From NCBI GenBank assembly GCA_051294905.1, contig CM119372.1:40364001-40428000 (forward strand): a stretch of 64,000 bases of DNA. Reading direction: 5' to 3'. How positions within the stretch are numbered: position 1 is the stretch's first letter; the number at the start of each line of letters is the position of its first letter. The notes below the pieces were generated by a model, which was not told the origin of the DNA, did not search any database, and saw only the letters and a program-made list of their open reading frames with translations. The position numbers were made by a program, and so were the translations under genes. The stretch comes from Botryllus schlosseri (taxonomy: Eukaryota). This document shows positions 14,001 to 26,000 of the stretch, piece by piece.

Positions 14001-17000
14001 TAAACAGTTGAATACCTATATTGAATTTGGGGTATTGCTTCTAAACATTCATGAATATAGAAATCTCATTAAAAAAAAATTTCCGTGTCTGTTTGCAGGC
14101 CATCCCCCGACATTTGGGCTGTTCATAAATAACTTTTTTTCTGGATTCCAGCAATTCAGTGATTGTACTCGTTGGAATTAAGTCAAATTTGTTTTGCATC
14201 ATCCTTGAAGACAGCTCAACAATTTCATGGAGTTGACAGAAAGATTTGATTTTTTTAAAATTTTCCCTAATAAATTAAATTTTTTAATTGGATATGCAGA
14301 GCCATATACTTGTTAGAAACGAACCAATTTGGTGTGCAGCGTTTTTAGGGTAAACTGACAATTTATTCACTGAATAGCTGGAATCGAGAAAAAAAAATTT
14401 GAACAGCCCTACCTGACATACCTTTCAGTGCGAGTATTTCCTGCTATTGCAGAAAATAATTCCAATAAAAAAATTGTATCCATGATATCGACACGCTCAT
14501 GAGAGCAGCACTCGAAACAAGGCTATGCCTCGCTTCACAGAACAGGCTCAGCAAATTCAACAGCATCGCACGCAGTAAATGACAGGTGTAGTTTCGCATT
14601 TGTTTCAATATAGGCCGCGTATTTCCTATACCTTGCGGCCTATCTCATCATTATTCTGATTAGAATTTATGCAGACTCGGTGCATCGCATGGACTGGGAT
14701 GTATAAGTTTTGAGTAAACATTAAATGACTCCTAGCGTACAGAACGTCAATTGTAGAGGTTAAAAATCAACGCACCATATCAAAAGGATAGTTGATAAGC
14801 AGTGCTTCAGGTCACTGAGGATATTCTGATTGATGGTAGTGCTATGACTGGATTCGCAATAAAATTTGGTGAGTCATCCGCCGCCAAACAAGTCGAAATG
14901 GACCCGCGCGCTCTTGATCGACCACCATTTCATTCCAAGGATGATCAAGATATTAAGCAGCAAGATATTAACCCCTTAGTCACGACTAAAATGTCGATAT
15001 CTTGCCATTTTATGAAGCTTCCAATGGTTTGCAATATCTACTACGTCACAAGCTCGATTTATCTGAACAATTGCTTCGTAAAGGACAGATAACATCCATT
15101 ATCCAAGTATAGTCTCGCAACAGTATCAATAAACTAAACATTGACACATTTCGCGACTGCAAGCGGGGTTTTAGCAGAAATCTCAAGTCATATCCTGAAA
15201 CGTTTGATGGGTTGACCTGACGTTATGGCCCGTAACAGAAAGAGAAATGTTGAGTCACTAATTTTGCTTGTTTAGATCGCGATGCAGAGAGACTTGCTCG
15301 TAAAATTATAAAGCAATATAAATTATATTTGTGGAACTAATCTCGCGCAATGAAGCTGACTTATTTGGGATTCATAATCAATTTTTACTCGTTTGCCTAT
15401 TCACTGGGATATTTCGAATTGCTGGACTGGACTCAAGAGAGCAGTGATTAAATCAGTTCATCAAATTAGAAGGGGGTCGGGGAACGATTTGAAATCGGAA
15501 ATTGGATCGTGACCAGAAAAAAGGTCCTGGACAACTAATTACCACACCTTGCGTGATATCAGTTTCAAACCGATTGCGAAGGTATCAGCGACCGACTTGT
15601 ACACAGTGCCTACCTTGTTTTAGTTGATGCTCAACTATAACCAACTGGTTTACGAATAGTTCTAGACTCTAGTTCCGAATTTTCATATTCCAGTCGTTTG
15701 CACAAGTCTGGCCTGTCAGGAATTTTCTTCTCATCAGTCAGTTCACTGATATTTCGTCATAGACCCTATTACCCGTGATGATGTCCGTACGGGACTTGCA
15801 GCAGTGCGTCCAAGACACGACAAATCAGCTCCACCAACGAGACGTGCTCATTTCCGATTTGGAGTTGGAGCTCGAAGAGAAGGACGATCTGATCAAACAG
15901 CTTTCGAGCGAGCTGGACAAATATCGTAGCATTTTGCAGCCAGCCATCAACCTCAGGAATCAGTTCAATGGGGGATCGAAAACGAAGACGGATGACCGCA
16001 TCACCATCAGCGTTTTTCCCAACAAAGAGAGTTCCGATAATACGGCCAAACCAATCATTCTCCTGGATTCCTCTAGTCCGAGCCTGAACGAATCACAGGA
16101 AACGTACGGTAGTCCGTTAGTGTCGCCAACTCGAATGGACTACGTCGAAACTATGCCGCTCGAAAGCGTCCGATCCAGAAGCGTCGCGTCTCTTCACAGA
16201 TGTGGACGTGAAGTCATAAGCGATCAGTTTGAAAAGACACAATCCAGCGTGTCGTTCTCTACAGGCACCAGTCCCGTTTACATCCAAAAATCTCAGGATT
16301 GCTCATTCTGCGGGCGGCCATCTTGCAGTCAATCTGATTCGCCTCACAAATCCACCAATCATTTCGCCGCTAATTTTTCATTGGGAGGATCCTTCGACGA
16401 GTCTGGTTGCGGTGGCAAAAGCATTTTGCCGAAATGTCTGTGGAAAAAACGCGGGGTTCGCAGGAAGAAGAAAACGTCGTCGAGTCTCATCACTGCATTC
16501 ATGCCTTTTGCCACCGAGGAGACGCGACATTGCTTGGAGCTCAACCGAAATAAGATGAAAAAGCTTGCGGGCGAGAACCAGACACGCAGAGCCAAGAAGT
16601 CTTCGTGGAAATCGAGATTTAAACAAAACAAGGCGAAAGAAGAAAATAATAACCACGCTGACCCATGTCATTACGAATGTCGTTGCTGCCCGCAAGTAGA
16701 TGAATCAAAGTCGGAAAGCAGCGAGAAGGCCATCAAAAAGCAACGAGTGAACGTCGCGATTCAAACCTCGCCCACTATGCACAACAGGAAGCATTCCCGC
16801 AGTAAAAGCGTCGACCATGGCATCAAAAGCGACAAAAACATATTTTCTTTCGACAACATTGACGTAATCGGCGAATATTTCAAAACCATGACTCCCGATA
16901 AGCGTCGGATGATGAGTTACATTTGCGGTACGCTCCCGACCGCGTTTCCGTCAAATGGCGCGACTTCTGTCGACTCGAAACCCGCGCAAAACGGCAGAGG

Positions 17001-20000
17001 CGGTCATGCAAAACGAGCCAAGCGACAAGCCATCTCCAGCGAGCCCGTCAATCAAAACTCGTTCATTATTCAACACACTCCGAAATCGTTGAGGTAACAT
17101 CGAGACCAAAGATAGTAATTGCGGTTACAACAAGGCAATGATGAGATTTTGATTAATTTTTCACGACTGACTTTTCTTTACAGGACGAAAGCTTTGATCC
17201 GCGAGGCGATTTTGGACAACGACTTTATGAAGCATTTGGAGAAATGCCAGATCGAGGAAATCGTCAAAAGCATGCATCCGGTCGAGTACAACCATTCCTG
17301 CATGATTATCAAGGAAGGAAATGTCGGGTCGTCCGTCTACGTGCTTGAAGGTTCGTTATTTGCTCTAGCGAGGCCGCATAGAGTCGGACCACTAATCTGG
17401 AATGACGGATGTACATTTGTACAAGCAGTCACTCAATGTGTTGTCAGATGCCATTTCTAGTCTGTGAAGAAAGCTGAGCATAATGGTCCAAATAATGAGT
17501 CGAGGCGAGTAGTGACAGATTTAATTCATGAAGATTATGTTTCCGATATTATTTTCCACTAATGAATCCTCAATAACTCGATTGGTCTTATCGCAGCATA
17601 TGTAATATGTAGCACAAAACTACGCACTATAGGGATTGTGTGAACCTCATGACGTCATATTGCTAATTCAAATCCTATGTTTCAATGAAGTGATAGCATA
17701 TTACACGATACCCAGCGACGACTCGAGCCACATAATTCCGTCAATGCTGACGTACATATTGACGTGTTAAACGTCGCTAAATGTATCAACTGGGACAATC
17801 AAATGATATAATAATCCCATAAAATCAATATCTTCCGTCGCTTTGTCAGTAATTTCGACGAGGACTTGCAAGGGAATATATAACCTTGTGCCTCAGCGGT
17901 ATCGGCCAGACCGGACAATGTATTCGGCGTCTGAGTATTGCTACGTTGATATTGAGCAGTGTGTCAAACGAGTTTCTATACTTGCTACCGATATTACCCC
18001 ATTGATAAGTTATACAACTGTAGCCAACACCCCAATCGAACGGATTTGGTTTCTATGACACAGTAAATGAAGTCAAGATGGACCCGTACGCCTGCTAGAT
18101 TTTTTACAGCAGACACGATATCAATTCTCATTGATTGTTCGAATAAGGTGCAGGTTCGTTTAGTGGTGATTTTCATGCTGCCAGCGCCATACATAGAGTG
18201 GCCCGCCATTGAAATGCAATAAATTTCAACCAAAGATGTTAAGAAGAAGTGACAAATATAATATATGAAAAGGTTCATTGTGGAGAACCTACCAAGGGTC
18301 GTATGTGAACGTGAACCTCTAAATTCTTGAGGTTCACACACAGAACGCGAACGTGAACCTCACGTTCACACCATCCTTACTACGCACGTCGGTGGAAATC
18401 ATATATCTGGGAAGTCGTGATCTACTCAAAGTATCGCCACAAAGTGCAATGAAATAAGCATGGTCAAAATGCAAAATTATCTTTTTATGTGGCTGAGCTG
18501 TCATTATATTGTTTGTGGCCGCATAAAAGGTGCATGTACTTGAACTTTCCACATATTACATACTTTTATGACATCATGACGAGTGATACTCGAATACCTA
18601 ACCCGAAGTCTGACTCTCGATTCAGAATCGAATCACTCAGATATTCGACTTGCTCAGCCCTATATCTATGACTGCTCGATGGCTCCCGCCGAATGACAAA
18701 CACCAATCGATGAATCAATATGAGACAGTCGTCCAATCTGTTGACAGATGGTAAAGTGGAAGTGACGAAGGCGGGCGAACATCTCTGCAATATGGGCGCT
18801 GGAAAAGTGTTCGGCGAGCTAGCTATCTTGTACAACTGCACCAGGACCGCTTCCGTCAAAGGTGAGTCGATGATCGCAATTTCACTGCAACGAAAACTGC
18901 TGGTCACCAAAAGTTTTGTCAGCAATAGTGGGTGCGTATCCTTATGATAAGTGAACTAAATACATACATATAGCTACACTCAGAGCCGGTCAAAGTAGTT
19001 ATCGTTGGTACACAACGTCATAAATATTCAGGCCTAACTAGACGTTCTGTTTTATAACACATATCAAAACTATTTGAACTAGACAATGAAAGGTCTGAAG
19101 CGTACTCAAGTAATAAAGTTGCATCACAAAGTGGATATGATCGTACAAACTTTTGACAGTTCATCGGAGGTTTCTACTTCCGAAATGGCAGGCTGCATCG
19201 TCATGATTTATCCAAAGTGAGCAATGAGAGTACAAACAGTTGCAATTTTGGAAAATATGTTCAATTATCGCGATGCAGTCGCTATTTGACGCGGTTGTTA
19301 TGGAAATGTTAATCGTCAATGGCCCAAATGGAAGTTCTTTAACACAGTGGTTCTCAACCGGGGGTCTGCGAAGCATTTTCAGGGGTCTGCGAAGCCCCAA
19401 AATAGTTGATAACCAAATTTTTATTTTTTTAAATCGGAAAATCTCAAGTCATTTTCGCTTCATTATAAGTAAAACTCCAGAGCTCACCAGGGTTATAATG
19501 ACTCGAGTCAGACTTGAGTCACGATTTTTTGGTGACTCGACTTAACTCGAGTTAAATTCTAAAAATTGAAAAATGACTCGACTCGAATCGAGTCAATTTG
19601 TGTATTGACTCGACTTGTACTATAGTCATTACGCATGACTCGGGCCAAGTCATATGACACGACATTGGGTCTACCAAGACAGGCATTTCATCGTAATTTC
19701 GTAGAATAGTAAAGTTATCGCACTATTATATTTTCGTCTATCAGTACTGGTAATGTAATGCTAGCAGAAACTGTTAAAAAGCAGAAAATTAGTACATTAT
19801 TAATGCGAAGCATTCGATATCACCGAGAAGAGTTGTAAAAAGTGGGTTTCAATCGACATTAACTAGGAACTGAACAGTCAACACAATGACTTGGACTCGG
19901 ACTCGGCATTCTACTTCGGAATTTGGACTCGGACTTGACTTGGCGGTGAATTGAAAATAACTCGACTCGACTCGAGTCAAAACTATAAATGTGGGACTGA

Positions 20001-23000
20001 CTTGTGACTCGGAGCCTTATGACTTGTTTACAACCCTTGGGCTCACATCAGTAGAATGACTATCTGAGATGAAATATCCTACCGTGCAGACTCATTTTAA
20101 TTGCTATATTGCCAATGACTTAATGATACAAACATTTTGATGTTTAGAGATGTTTTGTTGGGGATTGTGGGAAAAATGGATGGATGAGTGAGGTTCACGG
20201 TGACTGCGTAATATTTATAAAAATTCTTCTTCTCCAGTGATATACTCAACCCTTTTTCAAGATAAGCTGCTAGATAGAAATGACTAGTCTTGACGTTATA
20301 TGTTCATTAAAAAATTTGTTTGTCTATTTTGGCGCCTTGTTTGTTGCGATCATACCCAAATGTGTTGTCGGAAGCGTTACGCGTTAATATTACATCGGCC
20401 ACCACCTATATATTTGTGGGAATGGAATTTTGACACTCGTTCATATCAACTCGAATGAGCGTATTTTCAAGACACGGCCAAGTATTTTCAGGAAATGCAG
20501 TTGCGGAATTCACTTTGAAATAATTCAAGTCAACCCAATTTCTACATGCGCAAGTATGATCTTATTTTCAAGAGAGGTCATTTTGCTGCTGTTCATCGCT
20601 GAGCCAACAGTTGTCATTTGCACAAGACAGATGACCATTGCACGATAATTGAGCTAATTTTGAACTAAAACTTCGTGGGGTCTGTGACGGTCCGAAAGGG
20701 GTCCGCGAAGACAAAAAGGTTGAGAACCACTGCTTTAACATATCACCACTCGAGTTAGTAGTAAAAGTAAGTATAAGATATTGTTTGCTTTCACACCATA
20801 TTTAACGTCCACCTGCAAAGTAATAACTATAACTATTACTTTGCAAGATCTTATAATTATCAATATCGTCTACTATTGGTTCAACGAATTAGTAAAAGTA
20901 AGTAATACCTGCTTGAGTACTCCGAACAAGTATAGCAGTACTTAGTTACTGATCCCACCATCTCCATATTCACTATAACGTCAGTCGCCCGAAATATAAA
21001 ACTTGAGCACAATTTGCCGATCTCTGCAAACACCAGCGACCGCGGAATATACCTATCAAGCCAATAAACAATCGATGGTGGAGGACTAGAGTCGAAATCG
21101 ACTCTGACAACGTGTCCTGAGTCTGTATTGGTCCGGTACTAAATTAGGCTTACCATATTTTGGAAATTTAAAAAGAGGACACTTTTTCAGAAATTTGAGA
21201 CTTGCAAAACCGGAGAAGAATTTTCAAAAGTCGGTGAATTCTACCGAACATGGTGATCGGTTGACTAAAAAAAAAGGTCAGCTTTCCGCACAGAGCTCAA
21301 AATACCGTTTTTCTCTCCACATTGCTAGGTGGTTGACTAAAAAAAACAGGTCAACTTTTCGCTCAGAGCTCAATTCACCGTTTTTCACTCCGAAATACCC
21401 GCCGGAGCGTCACTTCTGTGCTAATTTACGGCATATCACTCGCATTTTGCTCTAAATGTGACCTAAATTTTCAAAAAAGAGGACAAAATCTCAAAAAAGA
21501 GGACAAAAGGGCGTCCTCCGATGACACTTTCCAAAAAGTCAAAAAAGTGGACAAATCCTCTTAAAAGAGGACGTATGGTAACCCTACCCTAACTAAATGC
21601 GTAATTTCTTTTTTCGGCAGCCGTGACTCGAGTAAAACTCTGGGCCATCGACCGACAATGCTTTCAGGCGATCATGATGAGAACCGGACTCATGAAACAG
21701 GAAGAGCATCTCGAATTTCTCAAGAGGTGAATTCACTTCATGATATTTAAATAAATTTATGATGTTTAAACTTTGCAACATGGAATGCCCTCGAATGCAG
21801 ATCACTGATTTCTCGTTTTAAAGTTCGTCCGCTGACTTCGATTTGCTGTCAATAGGAACACACTCATTTCAAAATAGGTGCGTTTCATATCCAACAATGA
21901 AGGCCACGAAAAGTACTTGCTGATGCAACTGAAGTAGAAGATAATTCTTTAATGAAGTTCAAATTGAAGTGTTTCATCCTGAGACAAAAAATAGAAGCAG
22001 AAAATGATACATTCGACAATACTCAACCAACATTAGTTATTATTATTACTATTACTACTATTATTACTATTGCAATAATTTCATTTCACCGTTACGTAGG
22101 GCTGCCATATTTTGAAATCCGGAAAGGAGAACTTTTTTTCCAAATCACAAAAGTTAGATTACGGAAATAGGAAACTTTTAATTCTAAAATTTTCCCGGAA
22201 AATCCCCTTGTGTTGACAAAAAAGGTATTTTTTCCAGTCCTACTAATGAAAGACCCGCTCAAATATCCACATTACAGATATCACGTCATTTATGAGGTTT
22301 TTTAGTTGTGCCTGTCCTGTGGCCTGGCTGTTAAAGCTACTAAGGAGGTAAAATGTCCAAAGGGGAAAACATTTAGGCCACATCGGACGACATTTTCGAT
22401 TTCCTAAAATAGGAAGATCAGTAGTAGCCATGCAATTGGGGGGATGGGGGTGCTGGGCGAGACTTCTGTCTGTAATAAGTATGTAATTTCAGCTTCTGGG
22501 GAGCTCCGCCCTTCTTTAGCATTTATTGTTACTGACTGAATATTGGAGCGCCATATGGAACGTGGTTACGTGATGTGTTATGACACCATAACAAGGCTTT
22601 GAAGCGAGCCGGAATGTTGATTTGCTCTAGCTCCTGAACCCTCTTTCACCGTACATTGTCACAAATTATAAAAGAAGTGAGCCAGTTAACTAGAGCTCAT
22701 GCCTTCATGTTGAAGATGTATGACATGTAGCGTGAAATAATAGAATAGCGGTACGACGACAGCGGGCTAAATAGACCCACACTAAACTGGGAAGCTATCG
22801 GCTGACATTAGTAACGAGCCAGCACACCACATCAGGGTTTGAGCCATGTGCTGCATCAGGTTATATCTATTATTGTATGGTTGCAAGGATAGACTAAATC
22901 AAAACTATGTACCTCTACCGCATGCAGAGACTTGATGATTATCGAAATATGGGACTTTTCTAACAAATGCAGAGATTTCATGATTGGCAAAAGAGGGGGG

Positions 23001-26000
23001 CTTCGGCCAGGGCGGAGGGATGGGCCCAAAAGCCACCACTCAGGAGAACACATCCTCCCAAAGGAGGGCATATGGTAACTCTACCGTTGGGTTTTGTGCT
23101 CCAGGACATCAATCACTTATTATGAGCCAGCAATTTAAATAATCGATTAAAGACCAACAGTAGCTGCGTCCAATAGATTCGGTCAAGCCGTTCCCTACGA
23201 AAGTGCTATCGCAGGGTAGTAACAGATTCGTGAGATGCATCTCTACTACTCTGCGATTAGTTAGTTAGGACCTTACAAATAATTGTAAATATGAAAGCCA
23301 GTGCCTCAGTCAAAGGGTAGTATCGAACAGTTGTTAAAGCTATTACGAATACATCAGAACCCCTTTTTCCTATACCCAAAGTTTGCAGTACTACATACTT
23401 AGGAATGGTTTTCTTCCTACAGCGTACCGACGTTCGCCAAATTGCAAGAAGGAGTCATATCGAGGATTGTTGACGTCTTGGAGGAGGTTCGTAACTCTTT
23501 GGTTTTCATTCACGTTGATCATGTCGTGGCGTATTACAAACCATAAAGCTTGCGTGGGAAATAGCTACTCTGTTCAAGTAGTACTCTGTTCAAGCTCTAA
23601 TATCTCCACCCCGCAATCGACTCAATCGTTATTTTGCTCCCTTCTTAAAATCTTTCCTAGTGGGGAGATATCGCCCCCTTTTAGAACCACTGTTCCAGAG
23701 CAAAGGTCGTGAAAAAGCCAAGTCTAAAAAGCCAAAAAGGATGGGACCAAATATAGTGTGCTGGACACATCTTTTTGAATCGATTTCACGCAATGCTTGA
23801 GATTGAGCGACAACCATATCCGAAATTTTGATCAATGTTAATAACTTCAGCGTGGACTAGGATCACCGGGCTTTCAAAACAAATATTAATATGCTAGTAC
23901 AATATAACCAACAGGGCTCTTTTATCTAGAAACAACCCTTGAGGCTAGCTACCCGACCAACAGTGTAGGATAAATCGATGATGCTTATTCCATCTGCAGT
24001 GTCACTATCCGAACGGGGAATACATCGTAAGGCAAGGTGCGGTAGGAGACACGTTCTACATCATATCTCGAGGCAAGGTGAGAATTTACGGTGGTCATTG
24101 TCAAGTTGCTTGGCTCTGGATCACGTGACTCTCACCGCAGGTAAAGATAACGAAACGCAAAGAGTCATCGCAGGAACCTGTTTTCGTCAGAACTCTAGGA
24201 AAGGGTGATTGGTTTGGAGAGAAAGCTCTGACCAGGTGAGTTCTCGAAACAAAAACATAGATGCACTCGGCTGCAGACCCTTTACAATAGGGTTGTTCAA
24301 AATTGACTGTTTTTCAGATTTTTGTGCCTATTACCTAAAATTGTTAAAGTGGCTAAACAAAACTTTGCACACCAAATTTGATTCAATTCCAACGAGTAGA
24401 AGTGAAATTTTTGTATTCATTACCAAAAATGTTTTTTAAAATTACTGGCCAACTAACCAATGAAATTGTTTAGTTTTCTACAAAAGTATGCAAAACAAAT
24501 TTAACTTAAATCCAGCTCGTAGAAGTGAAGGTATCCGAGTTTTTTAATAATAATTCTTGGATTATCCACATTAAATACTATTTTTTTTCAAATCCACGAT
24601 TTTGAACTTCAATAACTTTGCTTCTACTATAGTTGGAATTGAGCCGAATTTGGTGTGCCACGTTTTTTCAGCTAACAATTTTAGCTAATAGCCGCGAAAA
24701 TCCGAAAAAAAAGTTATATTTGGACAACCCTATTGTACAAACTACCAATCTAGTTGGTTGAAAAAGTCAACCGAACACCGTTTTGAGCAGTTCTAATGTC
24801 TAATTTTATTTGCGGTTTTCGAAAAGTGAGTTGGTGTAGTTTTATTTGCACATTAGTAGCAAAACAACTAGAAAACACGCGTCGTCGTTTGACGTTGTCT
24901 GTTATTCTTGCAGTCATTGCTAGCTCGGATTCATCACTGCCAATATTGGGGTAGCCATGGGGTTGGTTTGAGTAGTCGAAACCCGTTCCATTTCGAACTC
25001 TAAACCCCGTCCATTTGAAATGCGGATCCAAATGGATAAAACGAAAGTGAAGAAGTTGTTTCGGAATTGAGTCGAATTGGTTGAGTTTTAGTTAGCTAGT
25101 TGCGGATATTTATAGATCATTTATAGTGCTAGTTATAGGTATAGTTGCAAGATTTGAAGAGTATTTCTAGTTCTATTGCTAGTTGCACACAATGAAAATG
25201 CAGTAGTATGTACAAGTCTGCTCGTCCGAACTGTGTAATAACGACTTGAATTTGTTTCACAGCGAAGATCTTCGAACCGCGAACGCAATCGTGGATGACA
25301 AAGACGGAGTTTCGTGTCTTGTCCTAGACCGAGAGTGAGATAATTTGCGATTCTTTATTCTATCCGGAAGGGGAATTTAAATGACCAACCAATGGACACC
25401 GGCTGCGTGAATGAAACTCTAAGCAGCCACTGCCTATCCCGGGCTTAGCACAACTAATCGATTGCTGGAATCATAGTAATTATCAATTATGGCAGTGGCT
25501 CCGAACGTTGGCAATGTTGAGAAACAGGATAGCTAAAATACCAAAGTGGGCGATAGAGGGCGCGTAAATATGTGTTGAGCTTGATAAAGAGGCGGTGATT
25601 TGAAAGAGTTGAGAAGCACTGAACCATAGGGTGATGCGAGTCTAGTAAAAATATTTATACACCATCGGCAGGGTTGTAACCAAGTCACAAAGCTCCGAGT
25701 CACAAGTCATTCTCACTTTTACGGTTTTGACTCGAGTCAAGTCGAGTCATTTTCAATTCACCACCGAGTCAAGTCCAAGTCCAAGTCATCGAGCAAAGGT
25801 TCGAGTCCGAGTCATGGTATTATTACCCGAGTCCGAGTCCAAGTAATTGTGTTGACTGCTCAGTTTCCAATTAAAGTCTTGTTAAAACCACTCTTATAAC
25901 TCTGTTTGGTGATATCGAATGGTTCGCATTTATAATATACTAGTTCTCCTCACGTTTAACGGTTTCTGGTCGCATTTTTTAAGTACCAGTACCAATAGAC

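Noticed and set aside
16229..16695. Overlapping alternative-frame and antisense ORFs within the beta exon
   Set aside because: Short shadow ORFs are expected in GC-richer coding DNA; they have no recognisable motifs.
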